Assembly (NCBI GenBank): GCA_050741015.1
Contig: JBOIFE010000024.1
Span: 1 to 53,607 of the forward strand
Reading direction: 5' to 3'
Source: Burkholderiales bacterium
GTDB taxonomy: Bacteria > Pseudomonadota > Gammaproteobacteria > Burkholderiales > SG8-39
DNA length: 53,607 nt
The translations under genes and the position numbers were made by a program. Positions 1-11,953 of the stretch are shown here, piece after piece (position 1 is the first letter of the stretch; each line of letters opens with the position of its first letter). The notes under the pieces were generated by a model. That model worked only from the letters and a program-made list of their open reading frames with translations. It did not search any database and was not told where the DNA came from.

Positions 1-519
1 ATCGCCATGGCGCTGATCGAGAACATCCAGCGCGAGAACCTCAATCCGATGGAGGAGGCCGCTGGCCTGCAGCGCCTGGTCGACGAATTCCGCATGACGC
101 ACGAGCAGGCAGCCGACGCGGTGGGGCGCTCGCGGAGCGCGACGACGAACCTTCTGCGGCTTCTGCGTCTGGCCAAACCTGTGCAAGGCATGGTCATGGA
201 AGGAGTGCTCGAAATGGGCCATGCCCGCGCGCTGCTCGCCTTTGAAGGCGCACGGCAAATTGAAGCGGCCAACCGGATCGCGGCGCGCGGGCTGTCCGTG
301 CGAGAGGCGGAGGCGCTGGTTGCCAAGGGGTTGCGTGGCCAGGCAAGGCGTGGAGCGCAACGCAAGACCGACCGCGATCTGGCCAGGCTCGAGGAGGAAG
401 CATCGACACGCCTTGGGACCACCGTCGAGATCCGGCCGTTGCGCAAGGGAAGGGGAAAGATCGTCGTCCAGTATTCGAGCCTCGATCATCTCGATCAGCT
501 GCTCAAGAAGCTGCGATGA
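1..519 (+). CDS. parB: chromosome partitioning protein ParB, C-terminal part (5' end outside window)
   Basis: The frame is open to the window edge. It carries ParB box/HTH motifs ENIQRENLNPMEEA and GRSRSATTNLLRLLRL. It lies directly upstream of the atp operon, as in origin-proximal regions of many proteobacteria. Confidence 0.9.
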   Translation: MAMALIENIQRENLNPMEEAAGLQRLVDEFRMTHEQAADAVGRSRSATTNLLRLLRLAKPVQGMVMEGVLEMGHARALLAFEGARQIEAANRIAARGLSVREAEALVAKGLRGQARRGAQRKTDRDLARLEEEASTRLGTTVEIRPLRKGRGKIVVQYSSLDHLDQLLKKLR

Positions 520-547
520 CTTGGTGCAAGTGGTGCGGCGCAACACG

Positions 548-577
548 TTGACCTTCGTTGGTGCAAAACGCTAGAAT
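548..577 (+). promoter_or_regulatory. candidate sigma70 promoter of the atp operon
   Basis: TTGACC (548-553), an 18 nt spacer, then TAGAAT (572-577), in the parB-atpI spacer. Called by eye only. Confidence 0.45.
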
Positions 578-586
578 CTCGCGGCT

Positions 587-985
587 TTGCAGGGCTCGGG
601 GCGTATGAACGCCAGGCTCGGGGCGCTGCGCAGGCCGATCCGCACCGTCCTCCGGTGGCAGGTCGTCGTGACTGCAGCGTTTGCAGTGCTGGGCGCGGTG
701 CTGGCCGGGGTTGATGGGGCGCTGTCCGGGGCGCTGGGCGGCGCGATCAGCATCTGCGCCGGCGGGGTGTCCGCCGTGGTGGCGTCGATGGGGAGTACGC
801 GGTCCGCAGGGGGAGTTCTGATTCGCGCGTTGGCGGCCGAAAGCGTCAAGATCGGCCTCGTCGTGCTCCTGCTGTGGGGGGTAATGGAGACGTACAACGG
901 GATCGTCGCGCCCGTGTTTTTCGGGGCATTCTGCGTGACGATCCTGATCTTCGGAATGGCGTTTTTTGTGCGCGAGTACGACTGA
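587..985 (+). CDS. atpI: ATP synthase protein I
   Basis: Small, very hydrophobic protein immediately 5' of atpB. The start is uncertain (ATG 587 or ATG 605). Confidence 0.75.
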   Translation: MQGSGRMNARLGALRRPIRTVLRWQVVVTAAFAVLGAVLAGVDGALSGALGGAISICAGGVSAVVASMGSTRSAGGVLIRALAAESVKIGLVVLLLWGVMETYNGIVAPVFFGAFCVTILIFGMAFFVREYD

Positions 986-989
986 ACCT

Positions 990-1799
990 ATGGCAGCCGG
1001 ACAAGAACTCAACGCCACGGAGTACATCCAGCATCACCTCACGTTCTTCCGCTCGCCACACGACGCGAGCGGGTTCTGGACGCTGAACATCGACACCGTC
1101 GTGACCTCGATCTTGCTGGGGGTAGTCGGTCTCGGGCTGATCTGGTGGGTTGTACGCGGCGCGACCTCCGGCGTGCCGAACCGCAGGCAGGCATTCGTGG
1201 AGCTCCTGATCGATTTCGTCGACGAGCAGACGAAGGGCCTGTTCCAGCACGGCGACCGCAACCAGTTCATCGCGCCCGCGGCGCTGACGGTATTCATCTG
1301 GGTAACGCTGATGAACGCGATGGACTGGCTCCCCGTGGACTGGGTCACGGGCGCGCTCGGCCTGGTCGGCCTGCACTCGTGGCGCCCGGTTCCGACCGCC
1401 GACATCAACGCCACCTTCGCGCTGTCGATTTCAGTACTGCTGCTGTCGATCTACTTCGCGATCTCCGCCAAAGGCCTGGGCGGCTGGATCAAAGAGTTGT
1501 TCTGCGCGCCGTTCGGCAAGCACGTGCTGCTGTGGCCCTTCAATTTCCTGTTCAACATGGTCGAATACGTGTCGAAGACGCTGTCGCATTCGCTGCGGCT
1601 TTTCGGCAACATCTACGCCGGCGAGATCCTGTTTTTCCTGCTGTGGTTGTGGGCGGCCACCGGCCTGGCGGGCACAATCTTCGGCGTCGTGCTCGGCCTG
1701 GGCTGGGCGATTTTCCACATCCTCATCGTCCTGCTGCAGGCGTACATCTTCATGATGCTGACGGTCGTCTACATCGCAATGGCGCACGAGCACCACTGA
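990..1799 (+). CDS. atpB: F0F1 ATP synthase subunit a
   Basis: Multi-TM protein with the conserved [13 protein letters not shown] arginine motif. ATG 990 follows the atpI stop at 983-985; the ORF-track start at 966 would overlap atpI. Confidence 0.95.
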   Translation: MAAGQELNATEYIQHHLTFFRSPHDASGFWTLNIDTVVTSILLGVVGLGLIWWVVRGATSGVPNRRQAFVELLIDFVDEQTKGLFQHGDRNQFIAPAALTVFIWVTLMNAMDWLPVDWVTGALGLVGLHSWRPVPTADINATFALSISVLLLSIYFAISAKGLGGWIKELFCAPFGKHVLLWPFNFLFNMVEYVSKTLSHSLRLFGNIYAGEILFFLLWLWAATGLAGTIFGVVLGLGWAIFHILIVLLQAYIFMMLTVVYIAMAHEHH

Positions 1800-1825
1800 A
1801 CCCGCAATCCCTATTTCGCCCGTGA

Positions 1826-2110
<285 letters not shown>

Positions 2111-2147
2111 GCCGCGGCGCGCCACCTTTCCCGCAACGGGGTAACGC

Positions 2148-2618
2148 ATGGAATTCAATCTCACGCTGCTCGCGCAGATGCTCGCGTTCGCGGCCTTCAT
2201 CCTGTTCACGGTGAAGTTCGTCTGGCCGCACCTTTTGCGCGCCATTGAAGCGAGACAGAAGACGATCGCGGATGGCCTGGCCGCCGCCGAGCAGGGCCAC
2301 CAGGCGCTTGATTCGTCCAAGCGCCAGGCGCAGGAGGCGATCGAGCAGGCCCGCGGCCGCTCGAGCGACATCCTGGCGACAGCGGACAAGCGCGCGGCGC
2401 AGATCGTCGAGGACGCCAAGCAGGCGGCCCGCGCCGAGGGCGATCGTGAAAAGGCGGCGGCGAAGGCCGAGATCCAGCAGGAAGTCGCCCGCGCGCGCGA
2501 GCAGTTGCGCGACCAGGTCGCGGCGCTCGCGGTGGCGGGCGCGGAGAAGATCCTGCGCCGCGAAGTGGACGCCAAGGCGCACGCGGACCTGCTCGACGGG
2601 ATCAAGAAGCAGCTGTAA
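2148..2618 (+). CDS. atpF: F0F1 ATP synthase subunit b
   Basis: N-terminal TM helix followed by a long Ala/Glu/Lys/Arg-rich coiled coil. Operon position fits. Confidence 0.93.
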   Translation: MEFNLTLLAQMLAFAAFILFTVKFVWPHLLRAIEARQKTIADGLAAAEQGHQALDSSKRQAQEAIEQARGRSSDILATADKRAAQIVEDAKQAARAEGDREKAAAKAEIQQEVARAREQLRDQVAALAVAGAEKILRREVDAKAHADLLDGIKKQL

Positions 2619-3154
2619 TGGCCGAGCCAAGCACGATTGCACGACCCTACGCCGACGCGGTTTTCAGTCTCGCCGCCGGCGCCGGAAGGCTTGCCGAGTG
2701 GTCGGCCGCGCTGGCCGATCTCTCGAGCGTGGCCGCCGACGCCCGTGTGCGCGCATCGGTGAGCAATCCCAACCTGTCGGCCGCACAGGTCGCCGGCCTG
2801 TTCATCTCCGTCCTGGCCGGCAGGCTCCCGGCCGACGGCGAGAACTTCGTGCGCGTGCTGGCCGAGAACGACCGGCTCGGCGTCCTCGACGAGATCCGCG
2901 ACCAATACGAGGCGCTCAAGAACGATCGTGAAGGCGTGATCGAGGCCGACGTCATATCGGCGTTCGACATCGACAAGGGCCAGCTCGCCGACCTGGTGGC
3001 GCGGCTGGAAAAGCACACCGGGCGCAAGGTCAGGGCCAGGGTCAGCGTCGACACTGCGCTGATCGGCGGCGTGAAGATCGTGCTCGGCGACAAGGTCATC
3101 GACGGTTCCGCGCGCGCGCAGCTCGGTGCGCTCGAAACCGCACTCAAGGCATAG
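2618..3154 (+). CDS. atpH: F0F1 ATP synthase subunit delta
   Basis: OSCP-like N-terminus TIARPYADAVFSLA. TAATG overlap with atpF. Confidence 0.93.
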   Translation: MAEPSTIARPYADAVFSLAAGAGRLAEWSAALADLSSVAADARVRASVSNPNLSAAQVAGLFISVLAGRLPADGENFVRVLAENDRLGVLDEIRDQYEALKNDREGVIEADVISAFDIDKGQLADLVARLEKHTGRKVRARVSVDTALIGGVKIVLGDKVIDGSARAQLGALETALKA

Positions 3155-3178
3155 AAGCAGCACGCTCAAGGAGCTGTC

Positions 3179-4726
<1,548 letters not shown>

Positions 4727-4743
4727 GCTAGCGAAAGCGCCAC

Positions 4744-7049
<2,306 letters not shown>

Positions 7050-7061
7050 CGCGGAGCGCCC

Positions 7062-7484
7062 ATGGCTGCCAGCACCATTCACGTCGATGTCGTCAGCGCC
7101 GAGGAGTCGATCTTCTCCGGCGAGGCGGAATTCGTCGTCCTGCCCGGCGAAGCGGGCGAGCTCGGCATCTATCCGCGGCATACGCCGCTGATCACGCGCA
7201 TCAAGCCGGGCGCCGTGCGGATCATCCCGGCCGGGGGCGGCGAGGAGCAGCTGATTTTCGTGGCCGGCGGCATCCTCGAAGTGCAGCCTGAGGTCGTCAC
7301 GGTGCTCGCCGACACGGCCATCCGCGGCGTCGATCTCGACGAAGCGAAGGCGACCGAAGCGCTGAAGCGCGCCGAGGAAGCACGGGCCAAGGCGCAGGAC
7401 CGGCAAGAGATTGCGGCCGTTGAAGGCGAGTTGTCGACGCTTGCGGCGCAGCTTGCCGCGATACGCAAGATGCGCAAGCGTTAG
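7062..7484 (+). CDS. atpC: F0F1 ATP synthase subunit epsilon
   Basis: 140 aa. The N-terminal beta-sandwich sequence [29 protein letters not shown] is typical of epsilon. It is the last gene of the operon. Confidence 0.95.
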   Translation: MAASTIHVDVVSAEESIFSGEAEFVVLPGEAGELGIYPRHTPLITRIKPGAVRIIPAGGGEEQLIFVAGGILEVQPEVVTVLADTAIRGVDLDEAKATEALKRAEEARAKAQDRQEIAAVEGELSTLAAQLAAIRKMRKR

Positions 7485-7584
7485 CGCTTGACGCCGCGCC
7501 GCGCTCGGCCCCGGTCGAGCGGCGTATTCGCAATTACCACTAGAATGGTGCATCGGGGAGCGAGCCTCCGCTCGCGAGGTCCGC

Positions 7585-8751
7585 GTGATCTACATCGATT
7601 TCCCGCTCGGTTCGGTGTTTGGCTGGGGTGTGTGCGGCAAGTATTGCGCGCGCGAACTCGCGCGCCGGACCGAAACGAGACTGCTGGCCGAGGAGTTCAG
7701 CCCGGAAATCGTGGGTGACGCCTTCGACTGGCTCGAACTCTCCCGCATCCACTATCCCAGAGAGCGCCTTGCAGGGCTTGCAGCGCACGCGGGAATCACG
7801 CGGCTCGACGCGCCCCTGCTCGAATGCATCGCTGGAAACGAGATGCTGCCCCAGAGCGCGAACCTGCGCGGGACGCGGACCGTCGGCTACGCTTTCTTCG
7901 AGGACAACGCTCTCAAGCCCGCCTGGATTGACAATGCACGCCGGCACTTCGACTGGATCGCGACGGGGTCCTCCTGGTGCACGCAGGTGCTCAGGGATCA
8001 CGGGCTGCAAAACGTGTCGACGGTGGTGCAGGGCGTTGACCACCGGGTGTTTTCATCCCGCCCGGATGGCCGCGAGTTCCTGCGCGACCGCTTCGTGGTG
8101 TTCTCGGGCGGCAAGCTCGAGTACCGCAAGGGCCAGGACATCGCGATCCGCGCCTACAAGGTGCTGCAGGACCGCCACAAGGATGTGTTGCTGGTGAACG
8201 CCTGGTTCAACCCATTTCCCTACAGCGTGCACACGATGCACGCGAGCCGGCTCATCCGCTTCAATCCGCCCGATTCGGCGCCCTCTTACGTGGATACCGT
8301 GAACGCGATCCTGGCGGACAACGGCATCGACGTTTCGCGCGTGCTGACGCTACCACCGCAGCCCAGCGCATCGATGGCGCGCGTGTATGCGAACGCCGAC
8401 GTCGGACTGTTTCCGAATCGCTGCGAGGGCGGGACCAACCTCGTGCTCATGGAGTTCATGGCCTGCGGTGGACCCGTCATCGCCTCCAGCGTCACGGGAC
8501 ACACCGACGTCGTGACCCGGGACAACGCGCTGCTCATCGACGCGAGCGGCACGACGGATGTTCGCGGGGCGGACGGCGAACTCGTCGCCACGTGGCCGGA
8601 ACCCGACCTCGACCAGGCCATCGAGCAGCTCGAGCGCGCCTATCGGGATCGGGACGCGCTCGCCGCCCTCGGCGCGCGCGCGGCCCGGGACCTCGGCGCG
8701 TGGACGTGGGCGCGCACCGCGGACGAATTCCTGAAGCTTCTGTCGTCCTAG
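7585..8751 (+). CDS. glycosyltransferase, GT-B fold (family 4-like)
   Basis: The C-terminal half carries FPNRCEGGTNLVLMEFMACGGPVIAS (E-x7-E region). There is no signal peptide. GTG start preceded by GAGG. Confidence 0.75.
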   Translation: MIYIDFPLGSVFGWGVCGKYCARELARRTETRLLAEEFSPEIVGDAFDWLELSRIHYPRERLAGLAAHAGITRLDAPLLECIAGNEMLPQSANLRGTRTVGYAFFEDNALKPAWIDNARRHFDWIATGSSWCTQVLRDHGLQNVSTVVQGVDHRVFSSRPDGREFLRDRFVVFSGGKLEYRKGQDIAIRAYKVLQDRHKDVLLVNAWFNPFPYSVHTMHASRLIRFNPPDSAPSYVDTVNAILADNGIDVSRVLTLPPQPSASMARVYANADVGLFPNRCEGGTNLVLMEFMACGGPVIASSVTGHTDVVTRDNALLIDASGTTDVRGADGELVATWPEPDLDQAIEQLERAYRDRDALAALGARAARDLGAWTWARTADEFLKLLSS

Positions 8752-8771
8752 GCCTGTCCGCCCGGGAGCGA

Positions 8772-10412
8772 ATGACGCCCTCGAAACTTGTGCGGCGCTG
8801 GGTCGGGGCCGTTCTGTGCTGCGCGGGCCTTCAGGCTGCTGCTGACGAGTCGAAACCGGCGCCGGTCCCGGACTTCGCGACGCTCGAGGCCGTCGGCGCG
8901 GTGATCGGCGAAATCCGGATTACGACCGACGACATCTTCGACGAGAACGATCCCAAGGAGAACAACTGGCTCTTCCGCCTCGCGAACACGCTGCACATCA
9001 AGACGCGGCCCGGCGTAATCCGGCGCGCGCTCGTATTCCACAGCGGAGAACGAGTCTCCGTGGATCGCATCGAGGAGTCGGAGCGGCTGCTGCGGCAGAA
9101 CAGCTTCCTCTACGACGTGCGCATCCGGCCGATTGCCGTTCACGACGGTGTCGTGGACATCGAGGTGAAGACCCGCGATACCTGGTCCTTGGAGCCCGGC
9201 ATCAGCTTCAGCCGCAGCGGCGGCAGCAACTCGGGCGGCGTCACACTGCGCGACAAAAACCTGCTCGGGACGGGCGTGACGCTCGGTTACTCGGAGGTGT
9301 CCGATCCCGACCGCAGCGGAACCGAGGTCGAGTTCTCGCATCACCAGCTGTTCGGCAACCAGACGTCGATCGACTACCTGCGGGCGGACTATTCCGATGG
9401 GTCCAAGCACGCTATTTCGCTCGCGCAACCCTTCTACGCGCTGGAGACGCCCTGGGCCGCAGGAATCTCGAGAAGCAGCTTCGATCAATTGGATGCGCTC
9501 TATAGCGGCGGCGAGGCCGTCGCCAAGTACCGGCACGACAACCAGTCCGCCGAGGTGTTCGGCGGCTTGTCGAGCGGGGTGCGCGAGGGATGGGTGCAGC
9601 GCTATTCGGCCGGGGTCGGCTACGCCGAGGATCACTACCGGCTCGAACCGGGTCAGGCCGCGCCGCCCGAGCTGCCGGCCGACCAGACGCTTGCCTACCC
9701 GTTCGTGCGATACGAATTGATCGAGGACAAGTACGTCAAGACCCAGAACCGGAATGTCATCGGTCGTCCCGAGTTCTTCCAGCTGGGCCTGCACGTGCAG
9801 ACCCAGCTCGGGCGCAGCAGCACAGGCCTCGGCGCGACGCGCAGTCCATGGCTCTACTCGGGGTCGGTGGGCAAGGGGCTCGAGCTCCGCGACGGCGGGC
9901 AGGTGCTGGGGTCGTTCTCGCTATCCGGAGAATACGAGGACGGACTCGCCACCCGGCAGTTCTACTACAGCGCAGTGCGGTTCTACCGCCCGCAGACAGC
10001 CGAAAGCCTGTTCTACGCGTCCGCGGCGCTCGACGCGATCGTTCGCCCTGGACCGCAGGATCAGCTGCTGCTCGGCGGAGACAACGGGCTGCGCGGCTTT
10101 CCGATGCGATACCAGAGCGGCACGCGGCGGGCGCTGATCACCCTCGAGGAGCGCTTCTACACCGATCTCTACGTCCTTAGACTGGTTCGCGTTGGCGCCG
10201 CCGCATTCCTCGACGGCGGACGCGCCTGGGGCGGCCAGTTCGAAAGCACCGTCGATGCCGGCTGGCTCTGGGACGTCGGATTCGGGCTGCGCCTGGTGAG
10301 CGACCGCTCGTCGAAGGGGAACGTCCTGCACCTCGACGTCGCGTTTCCGATCGACCCTGATGGCAATGTGAAAAGCGTGCAGTTCCTCGTCAAGACCTAC
10401 GCGTCGTTCTGA
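8772..10412 (+). CDS. Omp85/BamA-TamA family outer-membrane protein (single POTRA + beta-barrel)
   Basis: Signal peptide MTPSKLVRRWVGAVLCCAGLQA, a POTRA-like segment (IGEIRITTDDIF...VDIEVKTRD), then a long amphipathic Gly/Ser/Tyr-rich region ending ...VKTYASF. ATG 8772 is chosen because the ORF-track start at 8592 overlaps the GT gene. Confidence 0.8.
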   Translation: MTPSKLVRRWVGAVLCCAGLQAAADESKPAPVPDFATLEAVGAVIGEIRITTDDIFDENDPKENNWLFRLANTLHIKTRPGVIRRALVFHSGERVSVDRIEESERLLRQNSFLYDVRIRPIAVHDGVVDIEVKTRDTWSLEPGISFSRSGGSNSGGVTLRDKNLLGTGVTLGYSEVSDPDRSGTEVEFSHHQLFGNQTSIDYLRADYSDGSKHAISLAQPFYALETPWAAGISRSSFDQLDALYSGGEAVAKYRHDNQSAEVFGGLSSGVREGWVQRYSAGVGYAEDHYRLEPGQAAPPELPADQTLAYPFVRYELIEDKYVKTQNRNVIGRPEFFQLGLHVQTQLGRSSTGLGATRSPWLYSGSVGKGLELRDGGQVLGSFSLSGEYEDGLATRQFYYSAVRFYRPQTAESLFYASAALDAIVRPGPQDQLLLGGDNGLRGFPMRYQSGTRRALITLEERFYTDLYVLRLVRVGAAAFLDGGRAWGGQFESTVDAGWLWDVGFGLRLVSDRSSKGNVLHLDVAFPIDPDGNVKSVQFLVKTYASF

Positions 10413-10452
10413 GCCGAAGCGGGCGAGCGGGGAGGGCGGCCAGAGGAGGAGG

Positions 10453-11151
10453 CTAGCCCCGCGTCCCGCGCTTGCCGCCGCGGTTCAATCGTTCAAAGGC
10501 GAAGACGACGTAGCGCTGGCGACCGCCGGCGCAAAGCGCGTCGAATGGATAGCAGGTCACCAGCGTGAGCCGGGTCGGACCCTCTTGCTTGGTCACCCAG
10601 ACATCGCCCTGGTCGAGCACGTCGGCCTCGAACACGCGAAAGGCGATGCGCACACCGTCGGCGCGCTCGATCATGATCGGATCGCCGGGACGAAGCCGTC
10701 GCAGGAACGCGAGCTGCGTGTCGCGGTGGCCGCCGATCACGCTGTTGCCCGGGCTCCCCGGAAGCGGCGTTCCGTCGGGATGGCCCGGCCCGACGGCGAG
10801 CGCACTGCCGGCGTCGCCGGCAAGCACGTACTGCTCGATGCCGAGCGTGGGGGCCAAGAGCTTCGCCACGGGCCACGTATCGGCCCACGGCCAAGGCCTC
10901 ACCTCGCGCTCGCCCGCGAGTGTGCGCTCCCAGGCGCGGGCGATCAGGTCCTGCGCCAGCCAGCGCATGCCCGTGCCGGGCTCGTCTGCGCGAGCGGGCA
11001 GCGCAAGCAGCAGCGTCGCCGCGGCGAGCCCGACGGCGCACACGACCGCGATGGCGACGGCGCGAGCGATGAAGCCGAGAAGATCGGCGGCGACGTGACG
11101 GGCGGTGACGGCCGGAAGCGGCTCGGGCATGGGGTTCTCCTGAGCCTGCAT
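10453..11151 (-). CDS. class GN (proteobacterial dedicated) sortase
   Basis: N-terminal TM anchor, WPWADTWP, the catalytic His context GGHRDTQLAFL and the Cys motif LTLVTCYPF. An alternative start lies at 11130. Confidence 0.85.
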   Translation of the reverse strand: MQAQENPMPEPLPAVTARHVAADLLGFIARAVAIAVVCAVGLAAATLLLALPARADEPGTGMRWLAQDLIARAWERTLAGEREVRPWPWADTWPVAKLLAPTLGIEQYVLAGDAGSALAVGPGHPDGTPLPGSPGNSVIGGHRDTQLAFLRRLRPGDPIMIERADGVRIAFRVFEADVLDQGDVWVTKQEGPTRLTLVTCYPFDALCAGGRQRYVVFAFERLNRGGKRGTRG

Positions 11152-11263
11152 TCAAACGCCCCGGTCGGGCCGAGCGCGGCCGCGCTTCGGGAAAGGCGGC
11201 GAACAATTCTGGCATTCCGGGGGCAGCGCGTCCGGCGCGGGAGCGATCCGCTATATTGGCCGC

Positions 11264-11953
11264 GTGCCACGCCGCATCGCGCTCGTCGAGGACGAACCCG
11301 CCATCCGCGCCAACTACGCGGACGCACTGCGCAAGCACGGCTTCGAAGTTAGCGCCTACGGCACGCGGCCGGAAGCGCTCGCGGCGATGCGCGTGCGCCT
11401 GCCCGATCTGGCCGTCATCGACATCGGCCTGGCCGGCGATGCCGATGCGGGATTCGACTTGTGCCGCGAGCTGCGCGCGCTTTCGTCGTCGCTGCCGATC
11501 ATCTTCCTTACGGCGCGCGACAGCGACTTCGACGTCGTGTCGGGGCTGCGCCTGGGCGCCGACGACTACCTCACCAAGGACATCAGCCTGCCGCACCTGC
11601 TGGCCCGCATTGCCGCGCTGTTTCGTCGCGCCGAGCTCGCGCGCGAGCCTGGGGCGACCGAGGAGACGATTCAGCGCGGCGACCTCACGCTCGACCTCAA
11701 GCGTTTCAGCGTCGCCTGGCGCGGCAGCCCCGTGGCGCTGACGCTGACCGAGTTCTGGATGGTGCACGCGCTCGCCCGGCATGCGGGTCACGTCAAGAAT
11801 CGCGAGCAGTTAATGCGCGAGGCGAAGCTGGTGGTCGACGATGGCACCGTGACCTCGCACGTCAAGCGCATCCGGCGCAAATTCCAGGTCGCCGATCCCG
11901 GCTTCGAGCACATCGAGACCGCGTACGGCATGGGCTACCGTTGGAAGGAGTGA
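11264..11953 (+). CDS. OmpR-family response regulator (candidate sortase-system regulator)
   Basis: Receiver domain (IALVEDEP, phospho-Asp context LAVIDIGL) plus a winged-helix C-terminus (YGMGYRW). GTG start. Divergent from the sortase. Confidence 0.9.
   Translation: MPRRIALVEDEPAIRANYADALRKHGFEVSAYGTRPEALAAMRVRLPDLAVIDIGLAGDADAGFDLCRELRALSSSLPIIFLTARDSDFDVVSGLRLGADDYLTKDISLPHLLARIAALFRRAELAREPGATEETIQRGDLTLDLKRFSVAWRGSPVALTLTEFWMVHALARHAGHVKNREQLMREAKLVVDDGTVTSHVKRIRRKFQVADPGFEHIETAYGMGYRWKE

Noticed and set aside
1-600. Looked for a parS centromere site (TGTTNCACGTGAAACA-like) near parB. A partial GTTTCACG occurs at about 6404 inside atpD.
   Set aside because: No palindromic parS-like 16-mer is visible in the parB region, and the atpD match is only a half-site within coding sequence.
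7560-7575. Small hairpin GCGAGC-CTCC-GCTCGC just upstream of the GAGG/GTG start of the glycosyltransferase, together with an imperfect GC hairpin after atpC (about 7492-7524).
   Set aside because: The stems are short or imperfect and there is no U-tract, so this is too weak to call as a terminator or riboregulator from sequence alone.
8772-10412. Considered whether the Omp85-family protein itself, or any other protein in the window, is the sortase substrate.
   Set aside because: No LPXTG-like motif followed by a hydrophobic segment and a basic tail occurs at its C-terminus. It ends in a typical beta-barrel ...YASF. The same check was negative for the other credible CDSs.
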